A stretch of DNA of 64,000 bases from an uncultured Verrucomicrobiae bacterium (GCA_963762565.1 CAVXLD010000004.1:32001-96000); one strand, 5' to 3'. Counted from the first letter of the stretch, positions 20,837 through 30,929 are shown. Notes: generated from the letters alone by a model not told the origin. A program made the numbers and translations.

Positions 20837-21843
20837 TGAATCTCCTCTAGACGAACCACACGCCCTTCCTTATGGCTCCGAGTCGCTGCAATCCCAATTC
20901 GCAATGCTTCGACGGCATCGACCGCGCCCGGCGTTGGAGGACGGCCTTCTTGCACGCAAGCGAAGAACGACTCCAGCTCCGCTTGAAACGCGTCTTTGAA
21001 TCGATCCATGAAGAAGTAAAAATGATCTTCCTCGGAGCCCCCCTCCCGGTAATGACGCAACGGGCTCTTGCGTTCGGCGTGAACCACCAGTTTACCGCGT
21101 TCTCCGAATACTTCGGTTACAATGTCGTAGCCGTAGATCGCTCGACGTGAATTCTCGATCACCCCGAGCGCTCCGTTCTTAAACCGCAAGAGGGTGGTCG
21201 CGGTATCAACATCACCAAAGTCGGCCGCATCTTTAAGGAACCGGGCAGCTCCCCAGGCGCTGACCGATTCTACTTCGCCCACCAGAAATCGAGCCAGATC
21301 AATCTCGTGAATCATCTGATCCAAGAAGAGTCCGCCGCTCGTCTCAAGGTATTCCCGAGGAGGCGGCGCCGGGTCGCGGCCGACCGACCTGAATTGGTCA
21401 ATGCGGCCAATTAAGTTTCGATCGATCTTTCTCCGAGCTTCCGCATAACCGGTATCAAACCTTCGCTGGAACCCGATTTGGAAAGGAATAGCGGCTTGCT
21501 CGACCGCATGGAGCGCCTTCTTGGTGCGTTCCAGGTCCAATGCAACCGGCTTCTCACAAAACACCGCTTTGCCGGAGCGCGCGCCGGCCTCAATCAAATC
21601 TGCGTGGGTGCCGGTTGGGGTACAGATTACGACCGCATCGATCTCTTTTGATGCGAAGACTTCGGCAGGATCGCTGATCGCTTTTGCGCCCGGAGCCTTG
21701 GCGGCAATCTTTTCCGCTGCTTCCAGAATGGCATCACAAACCGTGGTCAAGGAAACACTGGGAGACCCGATCAATGTCCTGGCATGCTCTTGGCCAATCC
21801 GGCCGGCGCCGAGCAGAGCAACTCGAGTTCGTTTAGTATTCAT
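20833..21843 (-). CDS. iolG: Inositol 2-dehydrogenase family (Gfo/Idh/MocA), second paralog
   Basis: GAGRIG, CEKP, GFQRRFD, SGGLFLDQMIHEID, NSRRAIYGYD. Confidence 0.82.
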   Translation of the reverse strand: MNTKRTRVALLGAGRIGQEHARTLIGSPSVSLTTVCDAILEAAEKIAAKAPGAKAISDPAEVFASKEIDAVVICTPTGTHADLIEAGARSGKAVFCEKPVALDLERTKKALHAVEQAAIPFQIGFQRRFDTGYAEARRKIDRNLIGRIDQFRSVGRDPAPPPREYLETSGGLFLDQMIHEIDLARFLVGEVESVSAWGAARFLKDAADFGDVDTATTLLRFKNGALGVIENSRRAIYGYDIVTEVFGERGKLVVHAERKSPLRHYREGGSEEDHFYFFMDRFKDAFQAELESFFACVQEGRPPTPGAVDAVEALRIGIAATRSHKEGRVVRLEEIQ

Positions 21844-22772
21844 CTCTTGTTTTGAAAATCAGCTGCGATCCGTCGTGAAACCTGCAGGGCCGATAGCCCG
21901 TATTTATCGAGCAGAAAATCGTTGGGCGCAGATTCACCCCATTTGTCTTCGAGGCCGTAGCGGATCACCCGGCGTGGAGAATTCGCGGAGAGCAGCTCAG
22001 CCACCAGGCCGCCAAGCCCGCCGAAGATGCTATGTTCTTCCACGGTGAAAATGAGGTCGTAAGCGGAACAAGCGTCTATCAATGCGGCCTCGTTCAAAGG
22101 CTTAATCGAAGGAATGTGGAGAACGCCGAGCTCGATCTGTTGTTTCGCCAATTCGTTCGCCGCTTCAAAACAACGAGACGATTGCGGACCGGTCGAGATC
22201 AACAGGGCATGCTCGCCCCGGCGCAGCCAACGAATTTCACCGAGAGTGAATTGGTAATCCGCCGTAAACACATCCGCGCTGGCATCGCGAGTCAGTCGAA
22301 GATAGACCGGGCCCTCATATTCTGTGGCCCATTTAATCATAGCGGCGCATTCGTATTGATCCGCCGGCGCCAGCAGGGTCATCCCCGGCATCGCCCGCAT
22401 GATGGCCAGGTCCTCGACATCGTGGTGCGTTTTCCCGGTGTAACCGGTCATCAACCCCGAGTAAGCCGCACCAATTTTTACATTGGCGTTGGTCTGCGCA
22501 ACGAGCATCCGAATTGGATCAATCGCCCGATGAGTGAAGAAGACAGTGAAAGTCGAAAGCCAAGGAACAAAGCCCACCGCTGCCATACCGACCGCAACGC
22601 CCACCATGTTTTGCTCAGCGATCCCCATCTCCAAAAACCGGTCCGGATGAGCAGCCGCGAATTTGTCCGCTTTGGTGGAATTCGCGAGATCTCCATCGAG
22701 CATCACGACCCGCTGATCTTCCTTCGCCAAAGCTACCAGGGTGTCAGCCCAGACATCTCTTAGTGCTTTCAT
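21840..22772 (-). CDS. Split transketolase, C-terminal (pyrimidine-binding) subunit
   Basis: EMGIAEQNM, THH.VED, PVYLRL, TVEEHSIFGGLG. Confidence 0.92.
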   Translation of the reverse strand: MKALRDVWADTLVALAKEDQRVVMLDGDLANSTKADKFAAAHPDRFLEMGIAEQNMVGVAVGMAAVGFVPWLSTFTVFFTHRAIDPIRMLVAQTNANVKIGAAYSGLMTGYTGKTHHDVEDLAIMRAMPGMTLLAPADQYECAAMIKWATEYEGPVYLRLTRDASADVFTADYQFTLGEIRWLRRGEHALLISTGPQSSRCFEAANELAKQQIELGVLHIPSIKPLNEAALIDACSAYDLIFTVEEHSIFGGLGGLVAELLSANSPRRVIRYGLEDKWGESAPNDFLLDKYGLSALQVSRRIAADFQNKR

Positions 22773-23647
22773 TTTGCAGCCTCCGTGATCTGAAGTTCAC
22801 GCCGGGCAAGGTCGAGCTCAGCCGGGTTCGCAACCTTGGAATGCCATTCGAATTTCCCTTCGGTGAACGACAACCCTTTCCCTTTGAGCGTGCGCGCTAC
22901 AATCATGGTCGGGCGGCCAACCGGCGGTTGAGCTTTGCATTCCCGGATAGCGGGCAGGATTTCGTCGAAGCGATGGCCGTCGATCTGGACGACGCGCCAA
23001 CCCAGGTTCGCGAAAATCGCCGGCAAATCCACGTTATTCCAGGGATCGCGCCGGTCGCCTCGACCGTCAGCATCGTTCTGTTTCAACCAGCCAAACTGTT
23101 GGAGCCCGTTCGAATCCAGGATCGCGGTCAGATTCCCTAGCTGATAACGCGGGGCTAGGTGGAGTCCCTCCCAAATCATACCCTCTTGCAGTTCGCCGTC
23201 CCCGATCATGACAAAGGAATGAAAGCGTTCCTGTTTTTTCTGGGCCCCCAAGGCGAATCCGATCCCGACCGAAAGCCCCATTCCCAACGATCCGGTAGAT
23301 GTTTCGAGACCCGGTAGCTTGGTGACGTCTGGATGGCCTTGCAGCCGGGAATTGCCTTTGTCGAATGTCTTCAATTCTTCGACTGGAAAAAATCCTCTGA
23401 GCGCCATCACAGTGTATAGCCCGATGGCGGCATGACCTTTGGAAAGAATGAAACGGTCGCGCTCCGGCCATTTCGGTTCTTCCGGCCTGATCTCCATGCC
23501 CCGAAAGAAAAGGCTGATCAGCAGATCCATGGCTGACATGGGTCCGCCCACATGGCCGGCGCCGCTTCCGGCAACCGTGCTAAGCACCAACCAACGGCCT
23601 TGCCGCGATAGTTCCTCGAGATCGGAATAATCGGTATCTAGTTTCAT
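22769..23647 (-). CDS. Split transketolase, N-terminal (ThDP diphosphate-binding) subunit
   Basis: GHVGG, RDRFILSKGH, LQGHP, TGSLG, GDGELQEG...N ThDP motif. Confidence 0.93.
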   Translation of the reverse strand: MKLDTDYSDLEELSRQGRWLVLSTVAGSGAGHVGGPMSAMDLLISLFFRGMEIRPEEPKWPERDRFILSKGHAAIGLYTVMALRGFFPVEELKTFDKGNSRLQGHPDVTKLPGLETSTGSLGMGLSVGIGFALGAQKKQERFHSFVMIGDGELQEGMIWEGLHLAPRYQLGNLTAILDSNGLQQFGWLKQNDADGRGDRRDPWNNVDLPAIFANLGWRVVQIDGHRFDEILPAIRECKAQPPVGRPTMIVARTLKGKGLSFTEGKFEWHSKVANPAELDLARRELQITEAAK

Positions 23648-24513
23648 GTGATCAGTGGTTCTAGGTAGCGTCGATTGTTGGCCGCTATCTGGGTAGGATC
23701 GTCCGGGGTAGTGTCTTGTTCGACCACTAGCCAGCCGTTGTAGCCGGCTTGGCGCAGCGAATCGATGACGTCGGGCACTCTCGCGATGCCCTCACCCAGC
23801 GGAGCGAAGATGTAGGATTTTAAGGCCTGAGCAAAACTCCAACCGTTCTCCCGGGACTCCTTGAGCACCTGACCGTCGACATCTTTGATATGAACGTAAC
23901 CGACACGGTTACCGTATTTCTTTAGTGCCCGCAGGTTGTCACCGCCGCCGTAAGCAAGATGGCCGCAGTCCAGGCACCAGCTCACCAACTCCGGGTCCGT
24001 TTCGTCCAGGAGCCGGGTGGTTTCTTCCTCGGTTTCTACGTAGGTGCCGACGTGATTATGGAAAACGACCCGTACCCCAATCGAAGCCAGTTCTTTGGCC
24101 AGATCGTTTAGTCCGGTCCCGAGCGATTTCCATTGGTCATCAGTTAGGGCGCCGCTGGCATCAACGTGCCCGGCCTCACCGCGACGTCGATCGTCGCCGC
24201 TGTCGGCTGCGATCAAGTAGCCACCTCCAGCCGACTGGAAAAACCGGCCGATCTCGACTGCCCGAGCGATTTCGGCCTCACGTTTTTGACGATTACGCAG
24301 CTCCAAACCAACAAAGCCACCCAGCATTTGCAGGCTCCGCTGCTGGAGGTCGGACCGTAGCTTGGCGGTTTCTCGCTCCATGTTCATGCCCCATTCGGTG
24401 GCAACGTACCCCGCGGCCACCATCTCATCCAACAACGCTGGATAAGGCACCCAGGGCCGATAGTCGGTTACGTCTCCGTTGTTCCAATTAACCGGCGCAG
24501 TGGCGAGCTTCAT
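23644..24513 (-). CDS. iolE: Myo-inosose-2 dehydratase (TIM barrel)
   Basis: APVNWNN, FHNHVGT, LDCGH, HIKD, WLVVEQD; lies within the iol operon. Confidence 0.8.
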   Translation of the reverse strand: MKLATAPVNWNNGDVTDYRPWVPYPALLDEMVAAGYVATEWGMNMERETAKLRSDLQQRSLQMLGGFVGLELRNRQKREAEIARAVEIGRFFQSAGGGYLIAADSGDDRRRGEAGHVDASGALTDDQWKSLGTGLNDLAKELASIGVRVVFHNHVGTYVETEEETTRLLDETDPELVSWCLDCGHLAYGGGDNLRALKKYGNRVGYVHIKDVDGQVLKESRENGWSFAQALKSYIFAPLGEGIARVPDVIDSLRQAGYNGWLVVEQDTTPDDPTQIAANNRRYLEPLIT

Positions 24514-26402
24514 GCTAAAACCGGGCGCTGCTTCTTGGTGGCTTCCTCGTAGTTCACCCGGGTTGTCTTGGTGTGATCCGCCGAGCTAACTTCTGCGACC
24601 GGCACATCCCACCAGGTTCCCATTCCCGGCATTCGGTTTTCGGGATCGACCGGGATCACCACTACCGTGATCCGGTCTGACTTACGCGCTTTCTCCAGCG
24701 CCGCTTTCACTTCGCTGGAAGTGGTCGCGAAGATGGATAGGGCGCCCATCGATGCCGCATGTTTCTGGAAGTCGACCGGAACATAATCGCCCGCCGGTGC
24801 ACCCTCTTTCCCGTCGCGGAAACGGAGTTCGTTACCGAAATCGGCTACCCCGACCGCCCGCTGCAAACCGAGAATGCATTGGAACCCGTGGTTGTCGACC
24901 AATACAATCGTGATCCGAATTCCTTCAGCGACTGCGGTCACGATCTCGGAATTCATCATCAGATAAGAGCCGTCCCCAACCATCACGACGACTTCCCGTT
25001 CCGGTTCCGCCAATTTCACCCCCAGGCCACCTGCGATCTCGTAACCCATGCAAGAATATCCGTATTCGAGGTGATAGGCTTTCGGATCCTCAGGCCGCCA
25101 GAGCCGGAGTAGCTCGCCCGGCAGGCCACCAGCCGCGCAAACGACGGTCGCCTTGCCGCCGAAGCTTTCGTTGACTAATCCGATGACGGCGGTCTCAGCC
25201 AGTTTGCCCGGTGTATCATTCTTTACCGAGCGTATGTCAGTGACTTTGGCATCCCACTCCGCCTTCAGCGATTTTACCTGGCTCCGGTATTCCTGGCTGG
25301 TTCCTCTGTAGCCGCTTTCGCGCAACGCCTGGCTCAATGCACCCAGCGCTCGTTTCGCATCGGCCACGACCGGCAACGCGGCTAGCTTATTCGCGTCCAT
25401 CGGCACCACATTGATGCCGATAAATCGGACCGACGGGTTCTGGTAAGCCGATTTCGACGCGGTGGTGAAATCGCTCAGCCGGGTGCCCAATGCGATCACT
25501 AAATCCGCGTCCACAGCTAACCGGTTTGCACTGGTAGATCCGTTTGATCCAACCGGGCCAGCATTCAGCTCATGGTTCCAATTGAGAACCCCCTTCCCGG
25601 CTTGCGTCTCGCTGATTGGGATCCCGAACTCTTCCACGAAGGCCCGCAAATCTTCGGCTGCCTCGGCGTAAATGGTACCGCCACCCGAAACGATCAACGG
25701 TTTTGACGCACCGGCGATCAACTCTGCCGCCTTACGAATCAGCTCCGGCTCAGGCAATGGCCGGCGCACATGCCAAACCCGGCGCTCGAAAAATTCGACC
25801 GGATAATCGTAAGCTTCGGCCTGAACATCTTCCGGCAAACTAATGGTGACGGCGCCAGTCTCTGCGGGATCGGTCAAGACACGAAAGGCTTCCGGTAAGC
25901 TGGCCAATAATTGTTCGGGTCGGGAGATGCGATCGAAAAACTTCGAAACCGGCCGGAAAGCATCACTTACGCTGACATCTCTTTCCAGAGGATGCTCCAA
26001 TTGTTGAAGCACCGGGTCAGGAATACGATTGGCGAAATAATCGCTGGGCAATAGCAGGACGGGCAACCGATTGACGCTCGCCGCAGCGGCGCCGGTAATC
26101 ATGTTCGTGGCGCCGGGACCAATTGAGGTTGTGCAGGCAAACGTCGCTAACCGGTTTCGATGTTTGGCAAATGCAGCCGATAAGTGGACCATCGCCTGTT
26201 CATTCTGAGGTCGATAAAAGGGCAGCCCTTCTTCCCGAGCCAACTCGACGATGCCTTGACCAAAGCCGGCGACGTTGCCGTGCCCGAAGATACCCCAAAT
26301 CCCTTCGATAAAGCGGCTTTGACGGCCGTCGCGTTCAACGAATTGGCGAGCCAGGAATCGGGTCAGAGCCTGGCCAGTGGTTAGTCGTACGGTACGATTC
26401 AT
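24510..26402 (-). CDS. iolD: 3D-(3,5/4)-trihydroxycyclohexane-1,2-dione acylhydrolase
   Basis: GIFGHGNV, NEQAM, TSIGPGATNM, EYGYSCMGYEIAG, WWDVPVAEVS. Confidence 0.96.
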   Translation of the reverse strand: MNRTVRLTTGQALTRFLARQFVERDGRQSRFIEGIWGIFGHGNVAGFGQGIVELAREEGLPFYRPQNEQAMVHLSAAFAKHRNRLATFACTTSIGPGATNMITGAAAASVNRLPVLLLPSDYFANRIPDPVLQQLEHPLERDVSVSDAFRPVSKFFDRISRPEQLLASLPEAFRVLTDPAETGAVTISLPEDVQAEAYDYPVEFFERRVWHVRRPLPEPELIRKAAELIAGASKPLIVSGGGTIYAEAAEDLRAFVEEFGIPISETQAGKGVLNWNHELNAGPVGSNGSTSANRLAVDADLVIALGTRLSDFTTASKSAYQNPSVRFIGINVVPMDANKLAALPVVADAKRALGALSQALRESGYRGTSQEYRSQVKSLKAEWDAKVTDIRSVKNDTPGKLAETAVIGLVNESFGGKATVVCAAGGLPGELLRLWRPEDPKAYHLEYGYSCMGYEIAGGLGVKLAEPEREVVVMVGDGSYLMMNSEIVTAVAEGIRITIVLVDNHGFQCILGLQRAVGVADFGNELRFRDGKEGAPAGDYVPVDFQKHAASMGALSIFATTSSEVKAALEKARKSDRITVVVIPVDPENRMPGMGTWWDVPVAEVSSADHTKTTRVNYEEATKKQRPVLA

Positions 26403-26843
26403 AAGATGTGAGAGGTGGTTGGTGAGGGGTCAGGTTACCGGGGGCATGCCACAGAAGTAATCAGTAAACAGTAATCAGTGATCGAAAAATGAGGGTCACC
26501 ACGATACGACGAAGCGTGGCGCCGGTTCGGGGGAACACCGGTGGTTGCGTGTGGGGGGGCGTTAAGGGGGACGGTCGACTTTCGTTTGGTTTTCGTTGTG
26601 ATAAAGAAATGAAATCGAATCCTTTCCGTTTCAACCTGAATTTTTGACGAAATTTTAGCGGACCAGACCATCACCACCGCTTCTGGCCGGATCGGTTTTC
26701 CGCTCTTGGAAACATTCGGACCAGCATCCTTCAGACAACCCTCGCCATCATGAAAAAAGAGTTCGAATTGCTTTCGTTGGTCGCAGAAGACGATATCCTT
26801 TTGCTTCCCGGGTTCAGAGAACCGGATCGCCCGACTTAACAGT

Positions 26844-28985
26844 ATGAAACATTGTTCCGTCCGAATCATGGCCATAGTGGCAGGATCCCCGCTGGTGTTG
26901 ATGGCGCCCAGCAGCCAGGCAGACCAGGGCGCTTGGTTGTTCAACGCGCCGCCGCTGAAGCAATTGAAGGAAAAATACCATTTTACCCCAGACGCAGCCT
27001 GGTTGGAGCACATCCAAAAGAGCAGCGTTCGGTTTGACAACGGAGCCAGCGGTTCGTTTGTGTCCGCGAACGGTTTAGTCATCACCAATCAGCACGTCGG
27101 GGCCGACGCTTTGCAGGAATTCGGAGACGCTCAGCACAATTATACTCGAGACGGATTTTACGCCGCCACACCGGCCGAGGAAAAGCGGTGTTACGACTTG
27201 GAACTCAACGTTCTGGAGTCAATCGAGGATGTCACCGGGCGAGTCAACGCCGCAGTCCCCCCTGCCAGCAAACCCGAGGAGGCCGTGGCGGCACGGCGAA
27301 AAGTCATCGCCGAGATCGAGCAGGAGTCGGCCAAAAGAACTGGGTTGCGCAGCGACGTGGTGACTCTTTTCGAAGGAGGCAGTTATCAATTGTACCGCTA
27401 TAAACGATATACCGATGTGCGCCTGGTTTTTGCGCCGGAGGAGGGAATAGCGTCTTATGGTGGCGATCCCGATAATTTCGAATATCCGCGCTACGATTTG
27501 GATATCTGTCTGTTTCGCGTATACGAAAATAATCAACCGGTTCATCCTGAGCATTATCTGCGGGTTAATGTTGACGGGCCATCTGAGCATGACTTGGTCT
27601 TCGTGAGCGGAAATCCAAGTAGTACCAATCGCATGTGTACCGTCGCCGCGATCGAAGAGGAACGGGATACTATCCTGCCGACCATTTTGGCGGCCCTCAA
27701 ACGAAGAGAAGTTTTCCTGACCGCTTATAGCGCGCGCGCGATAGAAAACGCACGACGGGCCCGAGACTACCTTTTGGAAATACAGAATTCCAGAAAGGCC
27801 TGCGACGGTCTGTTAGCCGGATTACTCGATCCGGAATCGCTCCGTCTGATCTCTGAAAATGAAAATGGATTGAAATCGGCTGCCGCTCAAGACGCTCGTT
27901 TTTCGAATATTCCGGATGCGTATGCGGAGATTCAGAAGGCCATCTCTGCTGATCCGGAAAATATTGTGAAGTTTATGTTCTATGAGAATTCCCACGCGAG
28001 GACTTCGGTGTTCGAACCGTTCGGAGCGTACCCGATAGGGTTCGACGGTCAGTTGTTTGCGATTGCTCGTGCTTTAGTTCGCGCGACTGAAGAACGCGAA
28101 AAACCAAACGAGAAACGCTTGCCCGAGTACCGCGACTCCGCTCGACCGAGCCTGGAGCTCGGGTTGTTCTCTGCAGCACCGATCTACGATGATTTAGAGA
28201 TACTGGCACTCAGCGATGCGCTAACTAGTTTGGTTTCCGCTTACGGAGTTGATGACCCGGTCGTCCGTGGCTTGCTGCAGGGGAAGTCTCCTCACGACCG
28301 CGCTTACGAGTTAGTGAAAAACACGCGGCTAAAGGACGTCCAATTTCGCCATCAGCTTTATGACGGAGGCGTTGCCGCCTTAAGAGCTGCTGCTGATCCA
28401 ATGATTCAATTTGCGCAAGCAGCCGATCAGGTTGCTCGCCAGGCGCGAGAGACCATGGAGGAACAGGACGAGGTGATGAATAAGGCATACGCCGAAATCG
28501 CAAAAGCAAAACTGGCACTCGAGGCAGACCAATTCCCGCCCGATGCAACTTTCACTTTACGGTTGTCTTTCGGAACCGTGCAGGGCTACGAGCAAGATGG
28601 AAAAACGATCCCGACATTTACGAATTTTGCGGGATTGTATCAGCGGGCCGATGAACACGAAAATCGCCCGCCATTCGCATTGCCAACCCGCTGGGTAAAT
28701 AAGCGTACAGTAATCGACTCGAAAACCCCCTTTGACTTTGTGGCCACGACAGACATCGTCGGCGGCAATAGCGGCAGCCCAGTGATAAATCGGAACGGCG
28801 ATTTTGTTGGCATCATCTTTGACGCAAACATTCAGTCATTGCCTTGGGATTATCTTTATTCGGATAAACAAGGACGGGCTGTCGCAGTTGATTCTCGAGC
28901 GATTCTTGAAGCGCTAAAACACGGCTACGACGTTCCGGCTCTGGTAAGCGAGTTAGCCGGGGGAACGCAGACTGCCGACAAGTAA
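26844..28985 (+). CDS. S46 family dipeptidyl peptidase
   Basis: ADQGAWL, SGSFVS..GLVITNQH, DVRLVFAP, GGDPDNFEYPR, DIVGGNSGSP. Confidence 0.92.
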   Translation: MKHCSVRIMAIVAGSPLVLMAPSSQADQGAWLFNAPPLKQLKEKYHFTPDAAWLEHIQKSSVRFDNGASGSFVSANGLVITNQHVGADALQEFGDAQHNYTRDGFYAATPAEEKRCYDLELNVLESIEDVTGRVNAAVPPASKPEEAVAARRKVIAEIEQESAKRTGLRSDVVTLFEGGSYQLYRYKRYTDVRLVFAPEEGIASYGGDPDNFEYPRYDLDICLFRVYENNQPVHPEHYLRVNVDGPSEHDLVFVSGNPSSTNRMCTVAAIEEERDTILPTILAALKRREVFLTAYSARAIENARRARDYLLEIQNSRKACDGLLAGLLDPESLRLISENENGLKSAAAQDARFSNIPDAYAEIQKAISADPENIVKFMFYENSHARTSVFEPFGAYPIGFDGQLFAIARALVRATEEREKPNEKRLPEYRDSARPSLELGLFSAAPIYDDLEILALSDALTSLVSAYGVDDPVVRGLLQGKSPHDRAYELVKNTRLKDVQFRHQLYDGGVAALRAAADPMIQFAQAADQVARQARETMEEQDEVMNKAYAEIAKAKLALEADQFPPDATFTLRLSFGTVQGYEQDGKTIPTFTNFAGLYQRADEHENRPPFALPTRWVNKRTVIDSKTPFDFVATTDIVGGNSGSPVINRNGDFVGIIFDANIQSLPWDYLYSDKQGRAVAVDSRAILEALKHGYDVPALVSELAGGTQTADK

Positions 28986-29006
28986 TTTCCCGCTCAGCTG
29001 ATATCC

Positions 29007-29327
29007 GGAAGGGCGAGGCTCCCGAAAGAGCGAGCGGTTGAACAAGGCTCAGCTGCCTAAACCTCGCCAACTACAAGCTAGGTACACAAGCGCGCCGAGC
29101 CATGGTCTATCATGGGCCACGGCTCCGACTTCGCTCTCACTTTGTACCTAGATCACTAACAGCGCCGAAAAGCTACGTCGGACAAGTCGGCGCGTCTTTT
29201 GGCGTTGGTCGATGATAGGTTGAGTGCAGGCGATTTTCCCTTGACTACAGACTGGGTCTCTCAGGAGCCTCGCCCCGCCAATCGCCAATCACCAATCACC
29301 AATCACCAATCACCAATCACCAATCAC
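29007..29327. repeat. Family A doublet A5 (A1/A2 subfamily) with nested family C insert at 29124-29186
   Basis: Aligns with A1 except for 63 bp TCCGACTTCGC...GCTACGTCGGACAAG inserted in the GGC^TCGGCGCG arm; long (CAATCAC)n tail. Confidence 0.88.
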
Positions 29328-30007
29328 ACCTCCACACTTTCCCCGGGCTGCAGGATCGCAACCTTCGCTTTGCCTTCGGCGAGGCGGGCAAACTCTTTCG
29401 GGTCGCCAAATAGAGGCGGCCACGTGCCGTAGTGGATCGGGACGACGACCGTTGGATGGAGGAATTCGACCGCTTTGGCTGCGTCCTTTGGTCCCATAAC
29501 GAAATGTTCGCCAATGGGCAGAAACGCGAGGTCGATCGCCGCATCGTCCCCGATCAATTTCATGTCCGAGAAAAGAGCAGTATCACCGGCGTGAAAAACG
29601 GTTTTGCCTTCTACCTGAATAATCACTCCGGCCGGTTCTCCAAGATAGATGGGACGCCCATTCTCATCCGTTACCGATGAGCTGTGGATCGCTTGGGTGA
29701 ATTTGACGGCGCCGAAGGGATATTTGCACCAGCCACCGTGATTCTGGGGTGACGCCTTTGCGCCCTGGGTACCCAACCAACTTGCCAACTCAAAAGTCGA
29801 AATGATTGTGGCGCCCGTACGTTTGGCAATGGGCAACGCGTCCGCAATATGATCGCTGTGCCCGTGCGTCAGCACGATAAAATCCGGCTCCAAATCATCT
29901 GCTTTTGCACCCGCTTTAGGATTCCCCGTGAGGAACGGATCGATAAGAATCTTCGTTTTATCGGTCTCGAGATAAACCGTCGCGTGTCCAAGAAAGGTCG
30001 CTTTCAT
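29324..30007 (-). CDS. Metal-dependent hydrolase, metallo-beta-lactamase fold (UPF0173-like)
   Basis: LIDPFL, THGHSDH, HAGDTALFSDM, PIHYGTWP. Confidence 0.92.
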   Translation of the reverse strand: MKATFLGHATVYLETDKTKILIDPFLTGNPKAGAKADDLEPDFIVLTHGHSDHIADALPIAKRTGATIISTFELASWLGTQGAKASPQNHGGWCKYPFGAVKFTQAIHSSSVTDENGRPIYLGEPAGVIIQVEGKTVFHAGDTALFSDMKLIGDDAAIDLAFLPIGEHFVMGPKDAAKAVEFLHPTVVVPIHYGTWPPLFGDPKEFARLAEGKAKVAILQPGESVEV

Positions 30008-30066
30008 AAGAGGCTATAACGTTCGTACGTTGTAGTTTCTAGTGGGTTTCGGCTACGCCCATCGCC

Positions 30067-30187
30067 GGGAGGGATCGCGTCCTCGCGATCCGTTGTCGTC
30101 GAAGCCGAGGACGGTTCTAATCGCGGACGAAAATACATCGTTGGGTGCTGACACGTCCTCGCGGCGCGCGGGGACGCGCGCCCTCCC
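30067..30187 (-). repeat. Family B element B3
   Basis: Reverse-orientation copy with both terminal hairpins intact. Confidence 0.88.
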
Positions 30188-30248
30188 CGACTCGCACCCG
30201 CGTAGCGAGCCAGGAACACCTCGAGGCCATCACTTTGCCAGCCTAAAA

Positions 30249-30929
30249 CTACTCTCCGTTCACGATCGCAATCGCGAAACCGTCGTATCCTTTGCTGCCC
30301 ACAGTCTGAATGGCGGTCGCAGAAACTCCCTGTTCCTTTGCGAGCAGCTCAAAGAAACGACGCATACCCACTACGCTCGGATCTTTACTCCCAGGATCGG
30401 CGACAGCGCCTTTGCGGATCACGTTATCCGTTATGATCAGGGTACCCGGGCGCGACAGTTTAAGCGCCCAGACGAAATAATCAGCGGTGCTAACTTTATC
30501 GGCGTCGATAAAAATGAAATCGAACGGTGCGATCCCTTCAGTCGCCAAGCCCGGCAAAAGATCTAATCCCCGGCCCACCCGGAGCTCGACTCGGTCGGTT
30601 AGGCCAGCGCGTCGAAGATTAGCGCTCGCTACCTCGGCGTGTTCCGGGCTCGCTTCCAAAGTGATCAAACGCCCATCTTTAGGCAAAGCTCGAGCTAACC
30701 AAATGGTGCTATAGGCGCCTAGTGTACCGAGTTCTAAGATCTTGCGGGCTCCGATTAGCCGCGCGAACAGCCACAAAAGCTTCCCTTGGGTGGGCGTTAC
30801 ACTGATCGCCGGGAGCCCTGCAGCATCGCTATCCTTAAGAGCAGCTTCCAGCGCCGGATCGGAAGGGATCAGCAAATCCGTGAGGTATTCGTCTACCACC
30901 GTCCATTGATCTTCATAGTCCAGTTTCAT
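30249..30929 (-). CDS. SAM-dependent O-methyltransferase (YrrM/CCoAOMT-like)
   Basis: ILELGTLGAYST, FDFIFIDADK, ITDNV, KGYDGF. Start at ATG 30929. Confidence 0.92.
   Translation of the reverse strand: MKLDYEDQWTVVDEYLTDLLIPSDPALEAALKDSDAAGLPAISVTPTQGKLLWLFARLIGARKILELGTLGAYSTIWLARALPKDGRLITLEASPEHAEVASANLRRAGLTDRVELRVGRGLDLLPGLATEGIAPFDFIFIDADKVSTADYFVWALKLSRPGTLIITDNVIRKGAVADPGSKDPSVVGMRRFFELLAKEQGVSATAIQTVGSKGYDGFAIAIVNGE

Noticed and set aside
22032..22763. 243-aa plus-strand ORF and other antisense ORFs such as 26435-27088 and 2394-2945
   Set aside because: Shadow frames of well-supported genes, with no recognisable motifs.
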